Assembly (NCBI GenBank): GCA_950097015.1
Contig: CATNEN010000007.1
Location: forward strand, 12,214,001-12,278,000
Direction of reading: 5' to 3'
DNA from: Macrostomum hystrix
Taxonomy: Eukaryota; Animalia; Platyhelminthes
Length of the DNA: 64,000 nucleotides
In this document: in pieces, positions 1 through 12,745 of the stretch
How the letters are laid out: each line of letters begins with the position of its first letter
How positions within the stretch are numbered: position 1 is the stretch's first letter
Position numbers and translations under genes: made by a program
Notes under the pieces: generated by a model
What the model was told of the DNA's origin: nothing
Databases searched by the model: none
Seen by the model: the letters and a program-made list of their open reading frames with translations, nothing else

Positions 1-1141
1 CCGCCCCAACCTGGTCCGAACCTGCGGCGCCTCCGAGCGTGGCGATGGGCGCTGGAAACGAGGCCAATTTTTGCCACCTGCCCGTCCAGCAGCTGCTTGA
101 AGCTGCGGAGCCTCCCCCAGCCGCTTGGGAGATTTATCCCCTTCTCTACTGCGTCTGACCGGGCTCGAATCCCATTCCCTCTTCACCAGGGCATCCCTTA
201 GGCTTGCCAGCTCCCCCCTTTAGACTCCGGGATTCTAATTGAAAGTAATGATTGATAAATCAATCCCCATAGGAATGCGACCGAGCCCGCTGCCCCCCGA
301 TCCCCGAGGACAGCGCGGGCGGGGATAAATAGGAGCAGGAATGATTCTCGGCTGGAAAAGGGGAAGATAAAGGGAAATAAAGTCGGGCGGGGAGTCCGCG
401 GTTCTCCAGCCCGCTAGAAACAAAGCTCGGCCCACAGCAGGTGGCGCTGGGCCGGCCGGGTTCTCAGTGCGCCGATCCCAGCCCGGGGCGTGAACTCCGG
501 CCTAACATGCATTTTGTCCCTCTCGCTTGTTGGGAATCGGCCTGAAGTGTTTGCCAGTCCCAGGAAATGGGGATCCAGAAGGGGGCAGAGGCGCGGGAGT
601 TGGGCTGCTCAGGCTGCCAATTTCTTTGGCTCGAGAACTAGAAAGTTGGCAGCCTCAAGGGCCCCCGCAGGACACGCAGGAAATGCAGAGAAGCCCGCGC
701 GCCGCCAAATCACGCGAAGCCGCCATCAGCGGCAGAAATTCATTTCGATGCCCCACCCCGCCTGAGACTGTGGGTTACTGGGATGATGGGGCAGCCCCGT
801 CTGCGATCAGGGAAGCCGCAACACGCTTTGCCACGATCGCACCTCGCCTGCATTATTAATCGCCAGTTTGCGGGGCCTTAAACTGCTCCGCCGGCGCCTC
901 TGAGCACCTGAGCTGCCCCGGCGCTGCATTTTTATGAGCCATCAGCCTTGCCTGACACTTTCCAGGGCTGCTCTGGTCTCTCGGGGCGTTTCACTCATTC
1001 TGCAAGATGCTGAGATAAGTTAGCTCAGCTTAGAAAAGTAATTAGATTTGTTTAAATCCCCACTTTAACTGTGAAACTCACGGCTACTAACTCAGCCCAC
1101 CTTCGGATCTGCAAGCTTTGGGACTTTGGGATATTTTGTTA

Positions 1142-1318
1142 CATTGGTGACATTCCAGCTCAGGGCTGCCTACCTGGATGGCATTGGTGACATTCCAGCT
1201 TAGGGCTGCCTACCTGGATGGCATTGGTGACATTCCAGCTCAGGGCTGCCTACCTGGATGGCATTGGTGACATTCCAGCTCAGGGCTGCCTACCTGGATG
1301 GCATTGGTGACATTCCAG
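1142..1318 (+). repeat. 40-bp tandem repeat, ~4.4 copies, ending at a putative 3' splice site (TTCCAG|)
   Basis: Unit gcattggtgacattccagctcagggctgcctacctggatg read directly; the last partial copy ends at cattccag and is followed by GC-rich open sequence. Confidence 0.9.
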
Positions 1319-1773
1319 CCGGCCTGCCACTCATTGATCTGGTCTCGCCCGCTGCCTGCGGTGAACTCCTCGCCTTCGCCGATCCCGGCTCGACCTTCCG
1401 CGCCGTCGTCCGCCTCTTCGACAAATCGATGAAAGCCCTGAAGGCTCTCCGCTCCGTCGCCACAGTTGCCACCGCCGTCGCTGTAGCCGTCGTGCGGCAG
1501 TTTCGGTTTTGCGAGGAAGGTGCGCAGGCTGCGCTGCGGCAAGCTGTGGGAGCCGGATCCGCTCATGGCCGCTCTACGTTTCGGGCTGCTGAACGGGTGC
1601 CAAGCGAGGCCCCAGCTCAGCCTCTTATCGCCGCGCGCCACCTCAACCCTCGGCCAATCCCCGCGCGCCCTCGCCGCGGGCTCAATTCGCCCACATGCTT
1701 AGGGCAGCTCAGAAAACTTCTTCAATGTAAAGAAATCGTCCCAGCTACCCCTCACCCCAGGGCAGCCCGTTGA
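1319..1773 (+). other. Possible coding exon of an unidentified gene (AGLPLIDLVSPAACGELLAFADPGSTFRAVVRLFDK...)
   Basis: GC-rich open frame after a CAG acceptor; no recognisable domain; end not defined. Confidence 0.3.
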
Positions 1774-1904
1774 TCCCTCGCCCATCCGCAAATGCGGTTC
1801 CCATGTTGCCAGCCGGGCAGCTGTCGCGAGTCCCGCAGTCTCAGGAGCCTCAGCTTGGTGGCCGGGCAAGTCTCAACAGAGAATCACTATCTGCCTTTAC
1901 TTCT

Positions 1905-2060
1905 CCTGAGAAGCAAAAGTGTTGCTCAACCTTTCGTGCTGCAAGGATCATATTCACTGAGCACCCACTGGGGCAGTTGTACCCTGAGAAGCAAAAGTGT
2001 TGCTCAACCTTTCGTGCTGCAAGGATCATATTCACTGAGCACCCACTGGGGCAGTTGTAC
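1905..2060. repeat. Direct duplication of ~78 bp (2 copies)
   Basis: cctgagaagcaaaagtgttgctcaacc...gggcagttgta present twice in tandem. Confidence 0.9.
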
Positions 2061-2272
2061 CCGGTTGGTGACTCAAGGCAGGCTATTTTAAACTGTGAAC
2101 AAAGCAGCGCGCACTCCTTGACGGCCCGGTAGTGACAGAGCTGAGCTAAAAATAGAAACTCCGCTGCCCCCGCTGAAAGAAGGCACCAAGCCGCAGCATA
2201 AATATGATGAATGGTTGAGCAGCCAATTACCTGTAACTGCTCACTGTTCTAGCCCTGCCTTCTCACTCGCAC

Positions 2273-2530
2273 ATGGCCCCGAGCACCAGCACTGCTGCCC
2301 TCCTTCTGCTGCTGAGCCTGTTGGGTCCGGCTTCCCAGGCTACTGAAGCTCCTTGGCCTGAGCTCATTCGGCGCACCTGCCCGCACCTCAGCCAGCACCT
2401 GGGAGCTGGGGGCGGGCTGCTGCTCCTACCGGGGCCGCCTGCGGCCGCATGGCAGACGCAGCGGCTGCAATTCATCGGCCGCTGTGGCAACTTGACTGCC
2501 TTCGGAGCCGTCAGCAACCACATGAACTGA
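2273..2530 (+). CDS. Small putative secreted protein, 85 aa
   Basis: Signal-peptide-like N-terminus (MAPSTSTAALLLLLSLLGPASQA); FIGRCGNLTAF motif shared with the convergent ORF. Confidence 0.5.
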   Translation: MAPSTSTAALLLLLSLLGPASQATEAPWPELIRRTCPHLSQHLGAGGGLLLLPGPPAAAWQTQRLQFIGRCGNLTAFGAVSNHMN

Positions 2531-2944
2531 GCTTCAAGCCTATTGTGAAGCAGAACTCTGATTCAAAACTTTAGCTGATTCTATTTGATTTATTACACCT
2601 GTTAGGTGTAGCTGATTGACAGCAATAAATTCCGAATGCCCGGTTTGCACCCAGTGTACATTATTGTGCCAAATACCCATGGGTTTGAATTGAAATAAGC
2701 TGTATAAAACTTCAGTGACATTTTTGTCAAGCAATGGCCTGCTCTGTGAATGTATTATAATGCTTCTTCTTCTTCTTTTTATTTAATTAAGTAACGTTTC
2801 CGACAGTGCAAGACTTGGAATTAAGTACATTGTGGGTTTTTATAGGATGCTGTTCTGTGCCTGGCTTTGAAGAGTGAGGCGAGAGTATAGTGACAGGGAA
2901 GACGGTGGGCTGACACGGAGGCAGTTGAGTGACTGATAGGGGAG

Positions 2945-3181
2945 CGACAGGGGAGGCAGTGGAGTGACAGGGGAGGCAGTGGAGTGACAGGGGAGGCAGT
3001 GGAGTGACAGGGGAGGCAGTGGAGTGACAGGGGAGGCAGTGGAGTGACAGGGGAGGCAGTGGAGTGACAGGGGAGGCAGTGGAGTGACAGGGGAGGCAGT
3101 GGAGTGACAGGGGAGGCAGTGGAGTGACAGGGGAGGCAGTGGAGTGACAGGGGAGGCAGTGGAGTGACAGGGGAGGCAGTG
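2945..3181. repeat. 20-bp minisatellite (ggagtgacaggggaggcagt), ~12 copies
   Basis: Direct reading. Confidence 0.95.
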
Positions 3182-3212
3182 CAGAGGTGCTTCTCTACTT
3201 TCTGCTCTACAA

Positions 3213-3737
3213 TCAGCGAAGCCAAGTTGGAATGTCGGTGCAGTTTTTCTGCTGCAGTTTATTCAGCTTGTCAGATATCAGATTCTGCTGAGTCTCGGAG
3301 TCCGGGACGAACTCCTCGAGCCCGCAGGCCCGGACTGTCCTCGTCGCCGGCTTGAAGACCGAGTAGTTGCCGCACAGGCCGGCAAACTCGAAGACGCGCA
3401 GATGCTGGACAGTCTCCCGACAGTAGAAGTTCATGAAGCTGATAAAGCGGCTGTGCGGCGCGTCCGAGGTGCAGTGCTTGCTGACGTAGAAGCCCTGCAA
3501 GACGCTCGGGTCGCTGACGCGGCATCGCCGGACCGGGCAGATCCGGCGGGCATTCTGGAACTGGCCGCAGCTGCAGTTGGTTGTCGCACTCCAGACACTG
3601 GGCGGCGGCGGCTGTAGCGACAAGACGGCGCCGGAGCCCAGCAGCGCGCAGGAGTCAGTCGGCTCGGTGGCAGCCGCGGAGTCTCGGCCTCCGGCCAGAA
3701 AAAGGAAGGCGGCCACGTAGATGAGGCAGGTGGGCAT
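3213..3737 (-). CDS. Putative secreted cysteine-rich protein, 174 aa, single exon
   Basis: Hydrophobic N-terminus (MPTCLIYVAAFLFLAGG), ~11 Cys, GC3-rich codons, CAG acceptor immediately before the ATG. Confidence 0.65.
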   Translation of the reverse strand: MPTCLIYVAAFLFLAGGRDSAAATEPTDSCALLGSGAVLSLQPPPPSVWSATTNCSCGQFQNARRICPVRRCRVSDPSVLQGFYVSKHCTSDAPHSRFISFMNFYCRETVQHLRVFEFAGLCGNYSVFKPATRTVRACGLEEFVPDSETQQNLISDKLNKLQQKNCTDIPTWLR

Positions 3738-4063
3738 GCTGGACAGTGCTCACAGTTTGGTGTGACTGACAGTTCTGAGGCTCTGGTGCTAGGCTTAGCT
3801 AGGCTAGGCTTAATTGAAAGCTTTGCAGCCCTATTAAATAACTGGCAGCTGCCATTGTGCTCTGCCCGAGCTGAGAGCAGGCACAGACTGAGTGTACAGC
3901 CAGGGCTAGAGAAGGTGGGCATTATTCGAGTCTACTTGTCTAAAATAGGACACTTCAATCTCGCCCCCGCAGCTTTCACAGTCGCCTGTGCGAAACGCAA
4001 CGCGGTTGTCGACACGGAAACCACTCGGTATCTCACGGTCCAGGAATCTTGTCTCTTGTCTTG

Positions 4064-4790
4064 TCAACTGTCTCTTCATCAACTATCCCTTCATCAACTG
4101 TCTCTTCATCAACTATCCCTTCATTAACTGTCCCTTCAACAACTGTCTCTTCAACAACTGTCTCTTCATCAAGTATCCCTTGATCAACTGTCTCTTCATC
4201 AACTATCCCTTCATCAACTGTCCCTTCAACAACTGTCCCTTCAACAACTGTCTCTTCATCAACTATCCCTTCATCAACTGTCCCTTCAACAACTGTCCCT
4301 TCAACAACTGTCTCTTCATCAACTATCCCTTCATCAACTGTCCCTTCATCAACTGTCCCTTCAACAACTGTCCCTTCAACAACTGTCTCTTCATCAACTA
4401 TCCCTTCATCAACTGTCCCTTCAACAACTGTCTCTTCAACAACTGTCTCTTCATCAACTATCCCTTCATCAACTATCCCTTCATCAACTGTCCCTTCAAC
4501 AACTGTCCCTTCAACAACTGTCTCTTCATCAACTATCCCTTCATCAACTGTCCCTTCAGCAACTGTCCCTTCAACAACTGTCCCTTCAACAACTGTCCCT
4601 TCATCAACTGTCCCTTCAGCAACTGTCCCTTCAACAACTGTCCCTTCAACAACTGTCTCTTCATCAACTATCCCTTCATCAACTGTCCCTTCAACAACTG
4701 TCCCTTCATCAACTGTCCCTTCATCAACTGTCCCTTCATCAACTGTCCCTTCAGCAACTGTCCCTTCATCAACTGTCCCTTCAGCAACTG
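4064..4790. repeat. 15-bp minisatellite (aactgtcccttcatc), ~48 copies
   Basis: Direct reading; source of the spurious NCPFI ORF. Confidence 0.95.
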
Positions 4791-5025
4791 AATAATTATT
4801 AGTTTTGAGGGCTGAGTTCTAACGCAAACTGAAATGGTATATTTGAAGATGTTGTTAAGTAGTGGAAAACAAAAAGAGTTACAAAAAGTCCATTGCTGTA
4901 AACTTGTGATCTTAAAGCTTTGCTAAAATCGGATCTTGCCCAAGCTTGTCACACCTTGAGCTGTCAGTCAAGCTCGCAGGAGCTCGAGAATGTACTTTTA
5001 GCCGAGTCAGTCGGTCCACATGGCC

Positions 5026-7270
<2,245 letters not shown>

Positions 7271-7815
7271 GCTGAGCGAATTCTCAGTTGAAGGTGTCGA
7301 AATTCTCGGATAAGTGAAAGAGCAGCTTCTCGTGGCTGGCCGGGTTTTAGCCTGCCCTGCCTTATCTGCAGTTTGGCCTCAATGCGGGCGCATCTGCAGT
7401 GTACATCGGGTGTACAGCTGTGCTAATGGCTCAATGTAATTATGAGCGCGTGAGCTGCGGGGGGGCAGAGAGGGCAGACGGGCTGCACACGGTCCGGCAC
7501 TGAAGGTGGGACCACACGCAGCTCTGTGAACTTTCATTTCAAGGCCAGATGACTCGGTTAGGCAGTTTGACGTGGCACGAATGAGTTTTGGTGACGAAAT
7601 GACTGAGGCTTGGCCTTTTTTTATTTGCAGCTATACCTGAAAGTGGGGTGAAATGAACCATGGACCATGAACCCTGGGTTTGCCACTAGATTCTGGTCTA
7701 GTTATTATTATCTTGGTTTCAGGGTTGGAAGTTTCAACGCTGGCTTGAAATAAAGCACGTTCTTTAAGAACCTTTAGGCCTTCTAAGAGCCTTGAGGTCT
7801 TCGTTGAATTCTCTC

Positions 7816-8350
7816 GTCCTCCCTGACATTTATGGTCCTCCCTGACATTTATGGTCCTCCCTGACATTTATGGTCCTTCGTGACATTTATGGTCCTTCGT
7901 GACATTTATGGTCCTCTGTGACATTTATGGTCCTTCGTGACATTTATGGTCCTCTGTGACATTTATGGTCCTTCGTGGCTTTTGTGGTCCTTCGTGGCTT
8001 TTGTGGTCCTTCGTGGCTTCTGTGGTTCTCGTTGAGTTTTGTGGTTCTCGTTGAGTTTTGTGGTTCTCGTTGAGTTTTGTGGTTCTCGTTGAGTTTTGTG
8101 GTTCTCGTTGAGTTTTGTGGTTCTCGTTGAGTTTTGTGGTTCTCGTTGAGTTTTGTGGTTTTCGTTGAGTTTTATGCTTCTCGTTGAGTTTTGTGGTTTT
8201 CGTTGAGTTTTGTGGTTCTCGTTGAGTTTTTGTGGTTCTCGTTGAGTTTTGTGGTTCTCGTTGAGTTATGTGGTTCTCGTTGAGTTTTGTGGTTCTCGTT
8301 GAGTTTTGTGGTTCTCGTTGAGTTTTGTGGTTCTCGTTGAGTCGTGTGGT
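7816..8350. repeat. Compound minisatellite: 19-20 bp gacatttatggtcct.. units grading into 19-bp gtggttctcgttgagtttt units
   Basis: Direct reading. Confidence 0.9.
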
Positions 8351-10059
8351 CCTGCTATACTTTCGTCATAGATTCGAGTGCTATCCCGACTGTTTGAACA
8401 GTTTCAAACAAATGCGGTTTCAGTTCACAGTACAAAGAACACGCTCAAGGCTGTTCACTTCGATGCTGCTGAAGAGACTCTGTATTTGTATTTAAATTTG
8501 TATTGCGGCCGCTAGCTGGCCAAGTCAAAGACGTTATTCTCGTATGACCGCTAAAAATATATAAGCCTTCTCAACTGCAGCGGGTTGCCATTGCGAGTGT
8601 CTAATTTGAGTCCAGGAACTAAAACAATGAGAGAGCCACGCCATTATGTAGGCTCGTATTATCAGGGGATTCGCCATAGAATACGAGCGCATTTTCTAAT
8701 TCAGCAACAATTTAAATCTCTAGTCCAATCAAATCTTGTAGGATTTCCACCCATGTCTGCGGTGCTCTTCTGTTTGAGTAGTCCCCTAATCCTCGATGTC
8801 CCATAAAATGTCTATGGTAGAGCTCTCATTGCAGAAGTGCATGGAACGGCGGTTGTATGAAAAACGGAATAAAAAACGCAGGAAGGAAATATCAGAGACA
8901 TAACAGCAGGGCAGGTCGGGCAGAGAGTTCAAAATCTTAGAGAGATCGACAGCCTATGCAAACTATGGGGAGCGCGATTTACGGGCAATGAAATCAGGCC
9001 AAGCGTCATCTCGAACATTTCTATGCAACTGGAATAATGAGCACACACGCGCACACATTCTCTCTCCCTCCTATTCGCCCAGCGCTTCTGAAGCCGCAGC
9101 AGCATGAAACAAAGCCGGTCTGCCTGGAAAATTAGCCTGGGGATCTGGGAAGAGAATGCCGGGATCAGTCCGCCCCAGCACCTCCGTCCCTGCCTCTCCC
9201 GGCGTCCCTCCATCCTGGCTGTTTTGTTCCATTCTGCCACAAGCTCCATCTCCAGCCTGAGGCCTCGCCCCATCCCCAGCTGCTACTGCTGCTGCTGCTG
9301 ATGGGGGTAAACAAGCGCCTTGCAGCTAAGACTGTTAGCAGCTCAAACAATGCTGGAGTTTGTGGCCCCCTTAAAGCCCAGCAGCCGGGCGCGCTCTCCA
9401 CCTCCACTCCAAACCCGACCGGGCCGTGGCGGGAGGGCCCAAACCGTCGCCCTGTGCACTTTTACGACTTTTCCTCGCCCTTCCACCTGAGAGGAGTTTC
9501 AAGCTAATGCTAAGCCGCTGGGCAATAGCGTCAGTGCTGAGTGGCTGTCAGTTATTCTGGCGAACAAGAGCAATGCAAACCAACCAGGGCTAACACGATC
9601 GCTTGAAAATTTAGGAAAACAATCTGCTGATGAATTGTCTGAGTCAGTTTTCAGAAGCTTTTAGGATTCGGCAGAAGCTAATGTGAATAGGGACACTCCA
9701 TTAGGCGAGTTAAATGTTTAACGAGATTTTTCAATCAGGACTTTTAAATTCGCGCCAAAGTTTATCACAAACTTGGACCTACAGCATCAGATCGTCGTTA
9801 TCTCAAAATCTAAAATTAATGTAAAATTTATTAGCACTTTAAAATACGATGCACTTTCGGGATATAAAGACCCGTCAAACCTTTGATCATGCTTGTTATA
9901 AATTTAGGCGCGAATTTAAAATACACAAAATAAGAAATAGGGCAACAAGATCACTTCTCATGGTAAATGGATTAGCAGAGTGGAGGGGGAAATTACAAGG
10001 CTTTGTCATGCGGTCTGCTCGAGTGTTTCTGAGGCCGATGCTCGGCTAGCAGCCCCAGC

Positions 10060-10706
10060 TCACTGGGATCGGGTTTTCTCCCGGCGCAGCGCCTCTGGCG
10101 GCTCCTTGGCCGCCTCCACCGGCCGGCCGTTCAGCGTCAGCTCGTAGCGCGTGCGACTGCGACCGCCGGGCGTGACGCTGATGCGGCCCTTGCAGCCGGC
10201 CAGCTCGAAATCCAAGGTGGAGCCGGTGTCGCTGAAGTCATTCTGTTGGTCGGCGATGGCAGTGTGAGGAGTTGCTGTTTGTTAACAGTACAAAGTACTC
10301 GCTGTTTTCCTCTGGGGAAATTCCACGAGGTTATTTCAAATACCCACTGCCCTTTTCCCTTTTCTTATCTAATCTCATAATGTCTCTCATCCATCTCCTC
10401 ATGTCTCTCATCTACCTTATCATGACTCTTATCTACATCCTCATGTCTCTCATCTGTCTCACCCCCTCAACTCCCCCAGCTCACGCTGCACTCACCCTGG
10501 TCTGCAGCAGCTGGTCATTGCACCAGAGTTCCAGCGAGTCTTTGCCTGAAATTATGTTTGTTGATGCAGGAATTGAAGGCGGGCATTGCTCGTGAGAACA
10601 GCAATATTCTGCGACACTCACTCAGGGCGATGCTGTAGTCCACGCCCTGCACTTTTGTGTTCCACACGGCCGTCTCGGCTGTCGGCATGTAGGAATTCAC
10701 CGGCAT
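10060..10706 (-). CDS. FAIM-like protein (Fas apoptotic inhibitory molecule C-terminal domain only); exons 10706-10622, 10545-10496, 10242-10060 (105 aa)
   Basis: Spliced product ...TAVWNTKVQGVDYSIALSKDSLELWCNDQLLQTRNDFSDTGSTLDFELAGCKGRISVTPGGRSRTRYELTLNGRPV resembles the recalled FAIM C-terminal half (W..IVLEKD.MDVWCNG..LET.GEF.D.GT...F); GTGAGT donors and CAG acceptors in phase. Confidence 0.8.
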
Positions 10707-10754
10707 GGCCGTGCGGGGCCTGCGAAACAGCAGGGATCGGTGCGTGACCAGGTT

Positions 10755-10996
10755 GATGACCGAACAGGATGACAGGGTGGCAATGACTGAACAGGATGAC
10801 AGTGTGGCGATGACCGAACAGGACGACAGGATGGCGATGACTGAACAGGACGACAGGATGGCGATGACTGAACAGGACGACAGGATGGCGATGACTGAAC
10901 AGGATGACAGGATGGCGATGACTGAACAGGATGACAGGATGGCGATGACTGAACAGGATGACAGGATGGCGATGACTGAACAGGATGACAGGATGA
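10755..10996. repeat. 27-bp minisatellite (atgactgaacaggatgacaggatggcg), ~9 copies, just upstream of the FAIM-like ATG
   Basis: Direct reading. Confidence 0.95.
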
Positions 10997-11867
10997 GGAG
11001 GATGGAGGAGAGCGCTGCCTACCTGAACAAAAAGCATTCAGGGCTCAGGAATGCGAGAGCTACGCATGGACTCACTGCAGCGTCTCCGATAGATTACAAA
11101 AAGCAATAAAAAGTGCGCAGTCTGCCCAGCTGCAAGTATCGTAGCGGGGAATCTACGGGTTTATTATTAGCTCCATTCAATAGAAATTCCTAATCCGGCT
11201 GGAGCTACGCCGGAGGCCGTGTGCTTCAGTGAGCACGGCTGCTCGAAATCCTCCGCCTAAAAAGAACTGATCGCCCAGTCTGAGGGCGGGGCTGTATAAA
11301 AGGTAAAGTGAATTTCATTATCCTCACAGCGGCGAGATGTGGGCCGTTGTTGCTGAGCTTAACCTTGTTTGCCGGGGCTTTGAGCACTGGACTCAAGCCT
11401 GACCGAGCGGCATTCTTTGACTGGTCGAAATCAGATTTGGGCTTTCGAGTGCTATGAAAAGTTTTTGGAGCCTTGAAGCCCCACATCGGGATTGTGGTGA
11501 TTCTCCCTTCTAGATGAGGGGATTAGAGGATTTAGGGTGGGTTACGGTGAATTATGTCAGATAAGGGTTGATTAATGTGGATTTTTAGATTAGGCATTGT
11601 CAATTGATAACTTTCAGTGGTTGCATCGGTGAAACAGATCATTGTAGGTTAAACTCTGGTGCAGATAGAGGCTAGATTAGAGTAGATTATGACAGCCTGG
11701 TTAAGGAGGTGTACAGTGGCTAAGGTTAGGATTGGCTTGGTTTCTTGGAAATCATGCTCCCCGGCTGAGCTGCGGGCCTCACCTGGCCACCTTGGTCGGC
11801 TTCTTCTTCTTGCCCTCCTTGATGCGCGCGGCTGCCGATTTGCCTGAGGAGAAAATCACGGACATTG

Positions 11868-11870
<3 letters not shown>

Positions 11871-11910
<40 letters not shown>

Positions 11911-11960
11911 TCTGCTGCTGCTGCTACTGCTGCTGCTTCTGCTGCTGCTGCTGCTGCTGC
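11871..11960. repeat. Imperfect (CTG/CAG)n microsatellite, ~30 units
   Basis: Direct reading. Confidence 0.95.
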
Positions 11961-12745
11961 TCTCAGGTCTCAGCTGTGCTCCTGTACTCCTCTCGGCAGG
12001 AAATCTGTAGGGTACCACGCGGGGGTGAGATGATGGAGCGGCGGCTGAGCTTCAAGGCGATCTGACTTGCTTTTTATTCCCGTCCCCTCGGCTCGTGCAG
12101 CACCGGTTTGCCGGGGCCTCGGGGCAGACCGGTGCAGCTCTCGGATTGGCTGGACGAGAAAGCTCAATGCTGATGCAGAGCAGGCAAAGGAGGTTGGGGT
12201 GAGTTGAAAAGAGACTGAGAACACATTCAGAGCTCTGCGTCCGAGAACCATCAGGTTTTCCAGTTCCCATGCGGCCATACTGGTGTCGAAAAACATCACA
12301 AATTTCTCCCACTAGTTTCCATCAAGCAGTGAACGGAAAGACGATAAATTAGCCAACAATGGGGAACTCAGTGGGCCGAAAGGGCCTCAAAAAGTACCAG
12401 TAGAGCAGCGAAATCGCTGTTGTCTTAGAAATCGTTGGGTGTTTTTTATTCCAGGAAATTGTATATTTTGTATTTCTAATCTGAATATCTGTGCTAACGC
12501 TAGTCGATCGGTCAAGGCGCAAAATGATTGTTTTCTAAAAAAACTGAACCGATTTCTCACAAAAATAAAAGGATAGATTTTAGGTAAGGACCCATTATAA
12601 GAGCAAAGACAACGGAAACAACGAATTTAGAATATTCGCTTGGATTTAACGAACTGCACTGGATGTTTCTAAGAAACGAGTCAGTCATTCGATTAGAGTT
12701 TTCTAGGAATCCAGTCCAGTTTAACAAGTAATCTTTTACAATTTT

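Noticed and set aside
11732-12065. Poly-Leu/Cys/Ser ORFs
   Set aside because: CTG microsatellite; the adjacent exon-like 11843-11781 segment could not be assigned to a gene
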